From Terriglobia bacterium (GTDB lineage Bacteria > Acidobacteriota > Terriglobia > 20CM-2-55-15), in the NCBI GenBank assembly GCA_963664115.2, contig CAXWPJ010000005.1, positions 128,001-192,000 on the forward strand: DNA of 64,000 nt, written 5' to 3'. Below the pieces are notes generated by a model. That model did not search any database. It was not told the origin of the DNA and saw only the letters and a program-made list of their open reading frames with translations. Numbering within the stretch: position 1 is the first letter of the stretch; each line of letters begins with the position of its first letter. Shown one piece after another: positions 30,642 through 41,363 of this stretch. The position numbers were made by a program, and so were the translations under genes.

Positions 30642-31001
30642 CTACCGGCTGAAGCCACCCACAGGCGACATGTAAACAGGGTCGAATCCGGCCAACGCTT
30701 CTTTAACCGTCGCGTTCGGTGAGCCGTATACAACCAAACGGACGGGTTTCAATACCTTTAGAGAGCGCTCGGCAAACCTCTCACTGAAGGTGCCGAGATG
30801 AGTCATCACCGCTGCAGAGTCAGCATATCGCTCGTAAATGTGGCACAGCTTGCCGTCCGCACTTGTACTCCACTCGTAATTCAGCGTGCTAGGTTCGTTC
30901 GCTTCCGTGGTTTTGACCATCTCTGCTAAGAGAGCTCGGAAGTCCTCCTCGCTTCCCGGCTGAATGTTCAGCTCCAGCATCCACGAGACATCTGTGGCCA
31001 T
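30642..31001 (-). CDS. Antibiotic biosynthesis monooxygenase-like (dimeric alpha-beta barrel) protein
   Basis: AGGAGG RBS; EPSTLNYEW, HIYERYADSAAVMTHL. Confidence 0.8.
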   Translation of the reverse strand: MATDVSWMLELNIQPGSEEDFRALLAEMVKTTEANEPSTLNYEWSTSADGKLCHIYERYADSAAVMTHLGTFSERFAERSLKVLKPVRLVVYGSPNATVKEALAGFDPVYMSPVGGFSR

Positions 31002-31071
31002 GTACGGCCTCCTGTGAGTGTAAGGTGATTTTCTTGTCCTTGGTCGCGACGTTCGCCTACTGGCCAACGAG

Positions 31072-32561
31072 TGTAGCCCGTCAGAGCATTTCGTACGAAA
31101 TACCCTAAAAAACTAAGAGACACTTTTCTAATCAGAACGATCTGAAGGAGGATCGAATGAGTGAGAAAGTGTCGGCAGAGAATCGGGTACGAGAGATTCG
31201 TCGAAAGACGCGCAAGAAGTACTCGTCTGAGGAGAAAGTGCGGATCGTGTTGGAAGGGTTGCGAGGCGAAGAGAGCATCGCAGAACTGTGCCGACGCGAA
31301 GGGATTCCGTCAAATCTGTATTACCGGTGGAGCAAGGACTTCCTGGAGGCGGGGAAGAAACGGCTGGCTGGGGACACGAAGCGGGAAGCGACATCGAGCG
31401 AAGTCACCGAGTTGCGGCAGGAAAACGATCAGTTGAAGCAGGTCGTGGCCGAAATACTGCTAAAGAATCGTTTTCTGAAAAAAACGTTGAACGTAACGGA
31501 CTCCGAGAGCATCGATATATGAGGCAATCGGGATCTGAGAAGCTGGAGACGATCCGAGTGGTGGAAGACTCGGAGTTGTCGGTGACAGCGACCCTCCGGG
31601 AGCTGGGCGTCCCCCGCAGCACGTTCTACGGTTGGTATCGACGATACAAAGAGCGTGGCGCAGCCGGCTTGTTAGATCGGCATTCCGGCCCCGGCTTCTG
31701 CTGGAACCGGATTCCGGGACCGGTGCGGGAACAGGTGGTCGAAACCGCGTTGAACCACCCGGAAGCCTCACCGCGGGAACTGGCCTGGCAGATCACCGAC
31801 ACCCAGGACTACTTCATCTCCGAATCCAGCGTGTATCGGATTCTGAAGAGATGCGACCTGATCACCAGTCCCGCATACATCGTGATGACGGCCAGCGATC
31901 ACTTCCAGCAGCCAACCCGGCGTGTGAACGAACTCTGGCAAACTGATTTCACTTACTTCAGGGTCGTCGGTTGGGGTTGGTACTACCTGTCGACCGTGCT
32001 GGACGATTACTCTCGCTACATCATCGCCTGGAAGCTCTTTCAAACCATGGCCGCATCTGACGTTCAGGACACGCTGGACGTTGCACTACAGGCGACAGAT
32101 GTCGGACAAGTACAAGTCCGGCACCGACCGCGATTGTTGAGCGACAACGGCCCCTGCTACGTATCGCACGAACTCAAAGACTATTTACAACGTCGTGGTA
32201 TGGAACACACCCGGGGTGCGCCCTATCACCCGATGACACAGGGCAAGATCGAACGCTATCACCGTTCGATGAAGAACGTGGTCAAGTTGGAACACTACTA
32301 TTATCCGTGGGAACTTGAGCAGGCGATCGCGCAATGGGTCGAACACTACAACCACCATCGGTATCACGAATCTCTGAACAACGTGACACCGGCTGACGTG
32401 TTCTTCGGGAGGGATCAGCAGATCCTTGCACGTCGTGACCAGATCAAAAGAAAAACGCTGGCTCGACGCAAAATCGAGAACCTTAGGATTGGAGTGGTAT
32501 AACTTCAAAACCGTCTCTTAGCTAAATGGTCTTTTTGTCCGAATTATTCTGACGACGTACA
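31072..32561 (+). mobile_element. IS3-family insertion sequence
   Basis: Imperfect terminal IRs TGTAGCCCGTCAGAGCATTTCGTAC / TGTACGTCGTCAGAATAATTCGGAC; orfA plus orfB; no target duplication seen. Confidence 0.88.
31157..32502 (+). CDS. IS3-family transposase OrfAB (orfA 31157..31522; orfB in the -1 frame; A7 slippery run 31478-31484)
   Basis: HTH YSSEEKVRIV...YYRW; DDE motifs WQTDFT, SDNG, GKIER. Confidence 0.9.
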
Positions 32562-32643
32562 CTGTTTCAGTTCAGCCTCGCTGGTGTTGGACGGTTGACA
32601 GAAACCGGGACCTCGATCGCCCGGGCTCAGAGTCATGATCGGG

Positions 32644-34176
32644 TCAACATCGCAGAGGCTGACGCAACACATCCACCCCGCGGAACAAGACCGGCAACCA
32701 CCGGTTCCAGGCCAGGATCCGGAACAGAATGCGCCGCCCGGTGCGCACGAGTTGGCACGGCACAAGCATGAAAGCGTTCAAGAAGGTTTTGAACTCCATG
32801 CGCAGCACGGTTTGCTTCTCAGCCTGATATTTTTGGCCCCAACGTCCGGTTTCGGGAAGCAGCAATGCAAACCACGCTTTCAGTGTCCAGGCCAGTGACG
32901 CGATCACCATGTAGGCCCAGTTGCTGGTCTGATCTCCGACCGGCATCCGCAACGCCTGAACGCCGTTCTTCAACTGCTCAATGAGATTCTCCTGATTGCA
33001 CCGTTGATTGGCACGCATCACAATCTGGTCGGCCGGATCCGAACGGTTGGTAATGTAGAAGAAGTACCGGATGTCGTCAAACAACACCTGCTCTCCTTTG
33101 GCCACCGACAGATTCTTCCGCACCACGACGACACGGTAGTCCCGATCGCAGGCTCCGGGTCGATACCGAAACTCGGCCACATCCTCACCCTGCAAGCGGA
33201 TATTGTCGAAACCGCGCTGCCGAACGATCTCTTCCTTCACGTTGTCGGGACGTTGGCGCGGTTCGGTCGCCACGTCGTATTTCGCGGGCCGTTCCAGGCG
33301 CTTCCACTGGCGCGGCTCCAGTTCATCGGCCCGGGCCTTCAGGTTCGCCATCGCGTCAATCCCGAATATGAAACCCACCTGCTGGTCGTCCCATCCGTCC
33401 AGATGCCGGGTCTGGCTGAAGTCCGTGTCCCCGCGCAGCAGGATCTGGCGAAACCCCGCATGCCGGCACAATGCGATGGCTTGGTCGAACCGGACCGCGG
33501 CTCCTTCATGCGACGGCCGGTTGCCGCTACGATTGACCAGATACAGCGGTTCGGCGGTGTTGGCCAGCGAGATCATCAGCGGGTGATATCCCCACGTCCC
33601 GTCGTAGGCCACGTCCATCCCTTGCTTGCATTCCCCCGTGGTTTCGGCCAGTGTCCCGTCCGCGTCCAACACCGCTTCTTCGAAAAACGCCGCCGGTTGC
33701 TGTCGCCAGACTCCGAGCCGGACTTGATTGGTTGCCTCCATCAGACACTCCACGTCGTCGGCCTCGAATCTCCGGCAGAAGTCTCCCGCCGTCGTCGGAT
33801 CCGGAATCCGTTGCGCTCCCAGCGCATCCAGATACACCGCATCGTTGCGCCGCAGTTCGATGTCTTCCAGGCACGTTCCTCCGCTCAAGGCGTTGTAGGC
33901 GATGTTCAGCACGTGATCCGACTCGTGATACGGCAGGTGCCGCTTCAACACATGCACGCCCTTGTCGATGGCTTCGATCAGCCCGGTCCGCCGCGCCACC
34001 AGTTGCATCGTCCCGATACCACCAACCGATGTGCCCCGCGTCCGCTCTCCCATCTCGTACTGAATGTTGCTCGCCGAAAACATCGGCTCTACCTGATCCG
34101 TCCAATGCCGGTCCCCAAGCCGACGTTCGATTCGCCGCTTGCGGTTCCTCATGTTCTTGCGCGTATAATCGTTCAT
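32644..34176 (-). mobile_element. IS1380-family transposase (one element end probably near 34303; other end not resolved)
   Basis: YHESDHV, PDPTTAGDFCRRF, LDADGT, GYHPL, LRGDTDF, ENLIEQLK. Confidence 0.9.
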
Positions 34177-35162
34177 CTGAAATGCCTCCTTTTCCGAAGA
34201 ATCTGTTCAAGGTTTTTTTCGCACGGAGAGGGGGCATTTCGGGTACTTCCGCTCTTATTGCACTATCATTTCCTCGTCAATCACGCTTGTTCAGGGACTA
34301 GGGCGCATCTTACGGATGGTTCGCTTCTTTACATCGCGGTTTCCGATTGCGTTCCTTACGTTGCGGCGCCTGCTTCGACTTCGTCTCGCCGTCCTCGTTT
34401 CTCTTCTGATGTTTCCCTCGGTGAGTCCGGCGCAGGATGTGCCTCCCCCCGTGCTCAATATCCCGCGTCTCAACAGCCCGCCGCCACTTGAAGGTTTTCT
34501 AGAAATGGAAGTTCCCGCGGATCTCGCCGGACGCATGGCACGGGTGTCGGACTTCGTTCAACGCATACCGAGAGATGGTGAACCGGCGACACAGGGGACG
34601 GACGTCTATGTCGGGTACGACGATCTCAATTTCTATGCTGTATTCCGTTGCTTTGACGACGACCCGGAAGCGGTGCGCGCCCGCATGAGTCCGCGTGGCG
34701 ACAACGGAAGTGATGACTGGGTTCACATTGTTCTGGACACGTTTCACGACAGGCGTAACGCGTATGTGTTCAGCTCCTCCGCTCTGGGCGTACAGTGGGA
34801 TGCGTTCTGGACTGAGGGCGGGCAAAACGATGCCAATTTCGACACGCTCTACTATTCTGAAGGCGCCCTGACGGAATTCGGTTACGTCGTATTGATGGCC
34901 ATACCCTTCCAGAGCCTCCGCTTTTCCTCGGAGCAGAACCAGCAGTGGGGGATCATCTTCGGACGCAACATACCCCGCCTGAATGAGCAATCCTACTGGC
35001 CGCGGTATTCCAGCCGTATCGAAGGCCGCCTGAATCAAGCCGCGACCCTGGAGGGTCTCGATGGCATTTCATCGGGTCCCAGCATCCAGCTGTTGCCGTT
35101 TGCGGGGATCCGTTCGTTTCGCACGATCGATCAGCGCGATCCTGCCCGGCCTTTTTTCTTTG

Positions 35163-36547
35163 GAGTTATAACCGAATCTGGTGTTTGAGGGATTGAATAA
35201 GAGCGGCGTATCTGGTTGATTTGTTGTGACAAAACTTCAAAGCAACCATAGGAGATACGCCACTGTGAGCAAGAGTAACGTGAATGGACCGGAAGGTCGA
35301 GAAACGATTGAGGATCCAGTAACAGAACTACTACGAGTTGGGGCACAGCAACTGATCCAACGCGCAGTGGAAGCCGAATTGGCAGAGCTGCTATCCCAGC
35401 ACGGTGGCCGGCGAACTGAGACAGGAAACGCCGGGGTGGTACGCAACGGTTATCTGCCGGAACGCGAACTGCAGACGGGATTGGGTCCGGTAACAGTCCA
35501 AATCCCGAAGGTCCGTGCCAAGACGGGCGAAGCTGTGACGTTCCGATCGGCCCTGGTACCACCGTACATTCGGAAGACGAAGTCGCTGGAAGCAGCGGTG
35601 CCGTGGTTGTATTTGAAAGGCGTTTCCAGCGGCGAGATGGGTGAGGCCCTAAAAGTTCTTGTCGGTCCCCAGGCGCAGGGTCTGTCGGCGAGCACGGTAT
35701 CGCGGTTGAAACAGGTTTGGGGCGAACAGTACCGCCTCGGATGCGAGGAGCGTTTGGATGCAGATCGCTGGGTCTATGTCTGGGCCGACGGCATCTACAG
35801 CGGACTTCGGGCGGAACAAACCAAGTTGTGTGCATTGGTCGTGATCGGCGTGAATGAACGCGGAGAGAAGCGTTTCCTGGCGATCGAAGACGGTGTACGG
35901 GAATCGACACAGAGTTGGCGCGAGGTCTTGTTGAAGCTGAAGTCCCGTGGGATGAATGTTCCGAAGTTGGCCATCGGTGACGGTGCGATGGGGTTCTGGG
36001 CCGCACTGGAGGAAATCTATCCCGAGACACGTCAACAACGTTGCTGGATGCACAAAGTCATGAACGTCCTCAACTGCCTGCCCAAGTCGGTCCAGGCGAA
36101 GGCGAAACAGGCCCTGCACTCGATCTGGCAGGCCGAGACGAAGGCAGACGCCGAGAAGGCATTCGACTTGTTCATTGAAACCTATGAACCGAAGTATCCG
36201 AAAGCCACACTCTGCCTGCAGAAAGACAGAGAGGAACTGCTGGCCTTTTACGACTTTCCGGCCAAGCACTGGCAGAGCATCAGAACGACGAATCCCATTG
36301 AGTCGACCTTTGCCACCATTCGACACCGAACGAAGCGATCCAGAGGTTGCCTGACACGGGATGGCATGCTGCACATGATGTTCAAACTGGGCCAGTGCGC
36401 TGAGAACAATTGGCGACGATTACGAGGATTCGATGATCTGAGCAAGGTAATCATCGGAGTGAAATTCAACGATGGTGTCGAAGCGACACAAGTCGATCAG
36501 GCCGCCGCTTGAATCAATCTCCTAAACACCACTTTTGACAATAACTC
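35163..36547 (+). mobile_element. IS256-family element with 9-bp target duplication
   Basis: IRs GAGTTATAACCGAATCTGGTGTTT / GAGTTATTGTCAAAAGTGGTGTTT; TSD TTTTCTTTG at 35154-35162 and 36548-36556. Confidence 0.95.
35265..36512 (+). CDS. IS256-family (Mutator-like) transposase
   Basis: RNGYLPER, WADG, GDGAMGFW, QRCWMH, RTTNPIES. Confidence 0.95.
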   Translation: MSKSNVNGPEGRETIEDPVTELLRVGAQQLIQRAVEAELAELLSQHGGRRTETGNAGVVRNGYLPERELQTGLGPVTVQIPKVRAKTGEAVTFRSALVPPYIRKTKSLEAAVPWLYLKGVSSGEMGEALKVLVGPQAQGLSASTVSRLKQVWGEQYRLGCEERLDADRWVYVWADGIYSGLRAEQTKLCALVVIGVNERGEKRFLAIEDGVRESTQSWREVLLKLKSRGMNVPKLAIGDGAMGFWAALEEIYPETRQQRCWMHKVMNVLNCLPKSVQAKAKQALHSIWQAETKADAEKAFDLFIETYEPKYPKATLCLQKDREELLAFYDFPAKHWQSIRTTNPIESTFATIRHRTKRSRGCLTRDGMLHMMFKLGQCAENNWRRLRGFDDLSKVIIGVKFNDGVEATQVDQAAA

Positions 36548-38032
36548 TTTTCTTTGCCGACCGCGCTGCCACGGATGCCGGCCTGAACGCGAAGCTGGTC
36601 TTCCGAGACAGCCTGGTTACGGACATCGCGATCAATCCTGATTTCAGCCAGATTGAATCGGATGAGCCTCAGATCACCACGAATCAGTGTTTCGAGGTGT
36701 TTTTCCCGGAAAAACGACCTTTCTTCCTCGAAAACGCAAGTTTCTTTCAGACTCCGATGGATCTTGTATTCACGCGCCGAATCGCCGACCCTCAGTTTGG
36801 CGCTCGATTTACCGGCAAGGTGGGTTCTTATGCGATTGGTGCGCTCGTCGCAGATGAGCAATCCCCCGGGAAAAGAGTAGCGGAAGACGATCCCTTGTCG
36901 GGCAAGAGGGCGCGCTTCGGGATTCTTCGCATCAACCGCGATATCTTCAATCAGTCGACAGTCGGGTTTATATTCACAGACCGGAGTTTCGAAAACACAT
37001 TCAATCGTGTGGGTGGGGTGGATGCTCGACTCAAGCTGAGTGAGAACTGGAGAACGCAGTTGCAGGCTGTAACGAGCCGAACGCACTTCAGTGACGATAC
37101 ACGCCGATCCGGACCCGCCTATGACGTTCAACTCAACAGAGACGGACGGCAGTTCAATGTTGACCTGAAATATTCGGAACGTAGCGCGGGATTCGTGACG
37201 CTGACAGGGTTCAATCCCAGGCGGGACATTCGGGACATCACCGGGCAATCGAGTTATGCCTTCCGTCCTGAGGGCAGCTATTGGATTTCCATGACACCGG
37301 GCTTGACGCTCAGCCGGATCACGGACCGTGACGGGAAAGGTCTGGAAACGTTCTACAATCCGGTATTAGGCTGGGAGTTCGTCGGTCAGACATTTTTCGA
37401 CCTCGAGTACAAATCCGAACACGTGAGGCTGCGCCCGGAAGAAGCACAGGTAGCGGCCGACCGCGAATTCGATCGACACACCATCGGCGGCGTTTTCAGA
37501 ACCAGCTTCATTCCTGAAATCGAGTTTGAGGGTCGACACTTCAGGGGCAACGACGTGAACCACAGCCCCGCTGTTGGTCAGGAAGCTTCAATGCAAACCT
37601 GGTCCTCGACGGACCTTGCGCTCACAGTGCGACCGCTTACCCGGCTGAGCATCGCCAACCGCTATTTTTTTACCAGGCTTGCCGACCGGCAAACAGGCGC
37701 GACGATCTTCAATGACCACATTATCCGTTCGCGTTGGAATTGGCAGTTCACGCGTGAACTGGCGATCCGGTTCATCCTTCAATACGATTCCGTGCTGGTG
37801 AATCCCGAATTCACGAGCCTGGAAAAACGAAAGAACATCAACACCGATGTTCTCTTCTCTTACCAACTCAACGCCTGGACGGCACTCTACGTGGGCTACA
37901 ACGGCAACGCGCAGAATATCGATCTGGTCCCAACGTCGACGGGTTCGAGGATCGTCCGAACGGAACATGGATTCATTAACGATGGTCGCCAATTCTTCGC
38001 GAAGTTTTCGTATCTGGTCCGATTCTGAATGT

Positions 38033-38065
38033 AGACCTCATGAACGCGATTGCCGGAGCTGAGAA
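38033..38065 (-). other. dif-like 11-6-11 site G
   Basis: Minus strand TTCTC-AGCTCCGGCAA-TCGCGT-TCATGAGGTCT; 4 bp after the DUF5916 stop. Confidence 0.55.
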
Positions 38066-38265
38066 ACGGGACTGAAAGAGGGCATCGAATGCACGATCTG
38101 CAAGAAGATGGTTATTCACCTGATCTTCTTGCCAGAAACGAATAGCCGGTGTTTTGCTGGCTGGGGGAGCACGTTGCTGAGTATCCTGATGTGGAACTGC
38201 AGTTTTGCGGTATCTGTCAGCAGTCGGTGATCTAAATGTACCGACCAAAAGATGGGGCCAATACC

Positions 38266-38391
38266 ATGACGACCGCTACAAAAGACAACGTATTGCTGGT
38301 GCTAGGACTGATTGCAATTGTCATTTTATGGTCCGGATTGGCAATAAATATCTTGACGATCCTGACTGAGTGGAGGATCGACCTGCCATAA
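38266..38391 (+). CDS. Possible 41-aa single-TM small protein
   Basis: MTTATKDNVLLVLGLIAIVILWSGLAINILTILTEWRIDLP; hydrophobic; no clear RBS. Confidence 0.35.
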   Translation: MTTATKDNVLLVLGLIAIVILWSGLAINILTILTEWRIDLP

Positions 38392-38680
38392 AACGTACAT
38401 CCCCTGCTAGCTGGTTGTACGAACAGGCCGTTGGTCTGGGAGTTGAATATCTCCGGGCAACTGAAGGTCTTTTCACATGCTGGCAACACCAATACGACGT
38501 TGCGGGCGAGGCACTGTCCCACACCTTCAGTAAAAAGTAGGTAACGGCCTTTACAGTGTCAGTATCAGCTTCGCTAGACAAGCGTCTACCCAGTGCCTCC
38601 CTCAAAGCACTTCAGACACTGCGCAATCACTGACAGCAGGCCGTCCAAAGTTTGGAAATTCGCAGGAATAGCCGGTCTCG

Positions 38681-38712
38681 ACTACCGACAATTTGATTTG
38701 TCAGGACTTGAG
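38681..38712 (+). other. dif-like 11-6-11 site C
   Basis: ACTACCGACAA-TTTGAT-TTGTCAGGACT-TGAG. Confidence 0.65.
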
Positions 38713-38807
38713 CCCTCAATCACGGCACTGGCCCCCGTCCAAGTCGTTTCAATCCGAATTGAAGCAAGGGAGGCTTTTAATAATTGGATTGTGCGTCTTC
38801 GGGATTG

Positions 38808-39215
38808 TCATGACGGGCCGGTGGCGTGACTCGAATATACGGTGATCGTCTTCTCATCGGGATCGGTGATCTCGAATATGTAATGTCCGTAGGGTCCCTC
38901 ATCAACTGGTCCGGGTTTAAGGCCCTTACCGACAAGTCGCTCTCGATAGGCTTCAAGATCATCACGAGAGGTGCCACTGACCATCAACTCGAACCCTTCC
39001 TGCGCCCCGATTCGTGAGGCTGGTAAGGCCTGCTTCGTTCCTTCATCGTCGATGAGCATTAGGTGAGTCCCTCCGAGCAATTCAAGGATCGACATGCCAG
39101 GTTCTGCCACTACTTTGCGAAGGCCCAGCTTCAGGTAGAACTTTCTACTCTTCCCGACGTCCGACACATGCATCACAACGTGGCCAATCGCCACTTGGGG
39201 TCGTTTGTTGTCCAT
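38808..39215 (-). CDS. VOC/glyoxalase family protein
   Basis: IGHVVMHVSDVGKSRKFYLKLG...FEITDPDE. Confidence 0.85.
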   Translation of the reverse strand: MDNKRPQVAIGHVVMHVSDVGKSRKFYLKLGLRKVVAEPGMSILELLGGTHLMLIDDEGTKQALPASRIGAQEGFELMVSGTSRDDLEAYRERLVGKGLKPGPVDEGPYGHYIFEITDPDEKTITVYSSHATGPS

Positions 39216-39257
39216 GTGAACTTCCTATGACCTGCAACGGATTTGCTTGACGATCCA

Positions 39258-39293
39258 GTATAGCCAGAAGGGACTTGTAGGACGTCGAGAATC
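39258..39293 (-). other. dif-like site F (one arm degenerate)
   Basis: Minus strand GATTCTCG-ACGTCCTACAA-GTCCCT-TCTGGCTATAC; left arm 9/11 to site A, with conserved flank. Confidence 0.45.
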
Positions 39294-39329
39294 GAATTCA
39301 GAAGCGAACACATGGAAGACAGCCCACCG

Positions 39330-39371
39330 CTATCGCACCGGCACCCGTTCCTTCAGTTCTTCAGACCAGTG
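39330..39371 (-). pseudogene. C-terminal remnant of a kinase-PD40 paralogue
   Basis: Encodes HWSEELKERVPVR-stop versus NWLEELKERVPVP-stop at 30419-30460. Confidence 0.75.
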
Positions 39372-39445
39372 CCTTTCGCGCGGGTTTGTCGGCCCCACTA
39401 CGCGTTCGCGCTTTCAGTCGGCGGCAGGCGAAAACGAACGGCTTT

Positions 39446-39495
39446 GTACTTTACTATGCAAAGTACTTGACATCAGGAAGACGCTGCTTTAGCTT
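39446..39495 (+). promoter_or_regulatory. Palindromic operator adjoining a sigma70-like promoter
   Basis: GTACTTT-N7-AAAGTAC, then TTGACA-N17-TAGCTT; a related site ACTTT-N7-AACGTAC occurs at about 40520. Confidence 0.6.
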
Positions 39496-39502
39496 CGAGG
39501 TC

Positions 39503-40120
39503 ATGGAAGCATCGCATCAGGGTCCGTCCGGCGTAGAGGTGCCCGTGGGTTTGGACGTCCGCGCGGTAGCCAACCTACGCTTCATCCGGCAGACGATGGA
39601 GCGCTCCGCCGTGTTCACGTCTCTCTCCGGCCGCGGAGCTATTCTGATCGGGGTAACCGCGGTTGCTGCCTCCTGGATCGCTTCGGGTCAAGCGGAGTTC
39701 ACCGGATGGCTTGGCATATGGCTTGCTGAAGCCGCCGTGGCCATTCTGATCGCGATTGCAACAACGCTTCCCAAGGTCCGAGGGCTGGAGACACCAGCTA
39801 CTTTGCGCCCGATCCGAAATTTTGCGCTCGGAATGGCGCCGCCGTTCTTAGCCGCGGGTGTTCTCACAGCGGCGGTGGCGGGGGCCGAGCAGTTCAATTG
39901 GGTGATTCCCGGCATGTGGTTACTTCTGTACGGATGCGGCATCGCAACGGGCGGTGCGTTTTCGATCCGGATTGTGCCGATAATGGGTCTGCTCTTCATG
40001 CTCCTGGGCACGTTGGCCTTGTTCCTACCCTCGACTCTGCACGACGCCCTGCTCGCTTTCGGATTCGGCGGGTTGCACATCGTGTTCGGAGTGATCATCA
40101 CCTGGAGGTACGGTGGCTAG
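39503..40120 (+). CDS. Conserved hypothetical multi-pass membrane protein
   Basis: ANLRFIRQTMERS; about six hydrophobic segments; GFGGLHIVFG. Confidence 0.75.
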   Translation: MEASHQGPSGVEVPVGLDVRAVANLRFIRQTMERSAVFTSLSGRGAILIGVTAVAASWIASGQAEFTGWLGIWLAEAAVAILIAIATTLPKVRGLETPATLRPIRNFALGMAPPFLAAGVLTAAVAGAEQFNWVIPGMWLLLYGCGIATGGAFSIRIVPIMGLLFMLLGTLALFLPSTLHDALLAFGFGGLHIVFGVIITWRYGG

Positions 40121-40505
40121 ATCGGAGGCGGTTCGAAAGCCTCGCAAAGGGGAAGCACACACCCAGGCGCATCCCCCACGGCTTGTGCGCCGATTCGATG
40201 GACGAGAAGCACTGGATCTGGACCGCCTGATTCATGAGCGGACTCGCCTGGCGATCGTCAGCGCGCTGGCCGCTACCACCCGACTTTCTTTCAGCGAACT
40301 CAAGAAGCTTCTTGATCTGACGGATGGGAATCTGAGCGTCCATTGCCGCAAGTTGGAGGAAGCGCAGTATGTCGACTGCAAGAAGGGCTTCGATCGGCGC
40401 GTACCCAAGACAACCTACAGACTGACTGCGAAAGGACGCCGCGCGCTCGAGCGCTATCTGACTCACATGGAAGCCTTGATCGCTTCCGCACGGCGGGTGG
40501 AGTAG
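40113..40505 (+). CDS. Winged-helix (ArsR/MarR-like) transcriptional regulator
   Basis: LDRLIHERTRLAIVSAL, LTDGNLSVHCRKLEEA, YRLTAKGR. Confidence 0.88.
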   Translation: MARSEAVRKPRKGEAHTQAHPPRLVRRFDGREALDLDRLIHERTRLAIVSALAATTRLSFSELKKLLDLTDGNLSVHCRKLEEAQYVDCKKGFDRRVPKTTYRLTAKGRRALERYLTHMEALIASARRVE

Positions 40506-40509
40506 AAAA

Positions 40510-41268
40510 TTGCCAATAGACTTTACACTACAACGTACTTTAACAAGCGTCTTCCATGCGCCTCATCTGGCCATCATCATGGACGGCAACGGCCGCTGGG
40601 CCGAACGTCGCGGCCAGCCCCGGGCAGTAGGGCATCTGGAGGGAGCCCAGGCCCTACGGCGCACCGTGGGCGGCGCGCTGGACCTTGGAATCGGAGTGCT
40701 GACTCTCTATGCCTTTTCAGCGAACAACTGGAAGCGTCCCAGGGTGGAAACCGGCCGTCTGATGGACCTGTTCCTCGATTTCCTGAACGGGGAAGCCTCC
40801 GCATGTGTGAAACACGGAATCCGCGTGAAGGTGTTTGGGAGGCGGGACCGCCTCGGTGCGTCTCTTCGAGAGGCCATTGAAGACGTGGAAAGCATTACCG
40901 CGAACTCTCGGAACCTTTGTCTCCGGCTCGCCATTGACTACTCCGCTCGAGACACCGTGGTGCGGGCCGTCCAGGCCCTCTGTGCCGACACCGCGTTCGA
41001 GGGGGGTTCGCTCAGGAGAGCCGTCAGGGAAACATCCCACGACACGATCGTTCCGCCTGTCGATTTGTTGATTCGTACGGGTGGGGAACAGAGGCTGAGT
41101 GACCTGTTCGGCCCTGAGTGCGCTGATGCCGAGATCCTGTTCACTAAAACGATGTGGCCGGACTTTGGGGAAACCGAACTGCGCGAAGCGCTGGCCGAGT
41201 TTCGCCGGCGCGAACGGAGGTTCGGCGCTCTTGCTGACCCGGTTCCCAGCGTCCTACGTCTCGTATGA
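40510..41268 (+). CDS. uppS: cis-prenyltransferase (undecaprenyl/decaprenyl diphosphate synthase family)
   Basis: HLAIIMDGNGRWA, LYAFS..NWKRP, DLLIRTGGEQRLSD, WPDF, RRFG. Confidence 0.9.
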   Translation: MPIDFTLQRTLTSVFHAPHLAIIMDGNGRWAERRGQPRAVGHLEGAQALRRTVGGALDLGIGVLTLYAFSANNWKRPRVETGRLMDLFLDFLNGEASACVKHGIRVKVFGRRDRLGASLREAIEDVESITANSRNLCLRLAIDYSARDTVVRAVQALCADTAFEGGSLRRAVRETSHDTIVPPVDLLIRTGGEQRLSDLFGPECADAEILFTKTMWPDFGETELREALAEFRRRERRFGALADPVPSVLRLV

Positions 41269-41363
41269 GGGGCGGAGTACGCGCCGATTTCTGACGAGCG
41301 AGGGAAAGGGACGTGGTCAGCTCAGTCGGCTGAACCCGCAAGTTAAGAAAGGACTTTTCAATT

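Larger units (their letters stand above)
34316..38028 (+). pseudogene. CBM9-like/DUF5916 outer-membrane protein interrupted by IS256
   Basis: N-part LDTFHDRRNAYVF, IPFQSLRF; C-part NPDFSQIESD, FFPEKRPFFLEN, C-terminal Phe. Removing the IS plus one TSD copy restores the frame (PFFFADRAATD). Confidence 0.88.

Noticed and set aside
33004-34491. 495-aa plus-strand ORF
   Set aside because: Antisense to the IS1380 transposase; no motifs.
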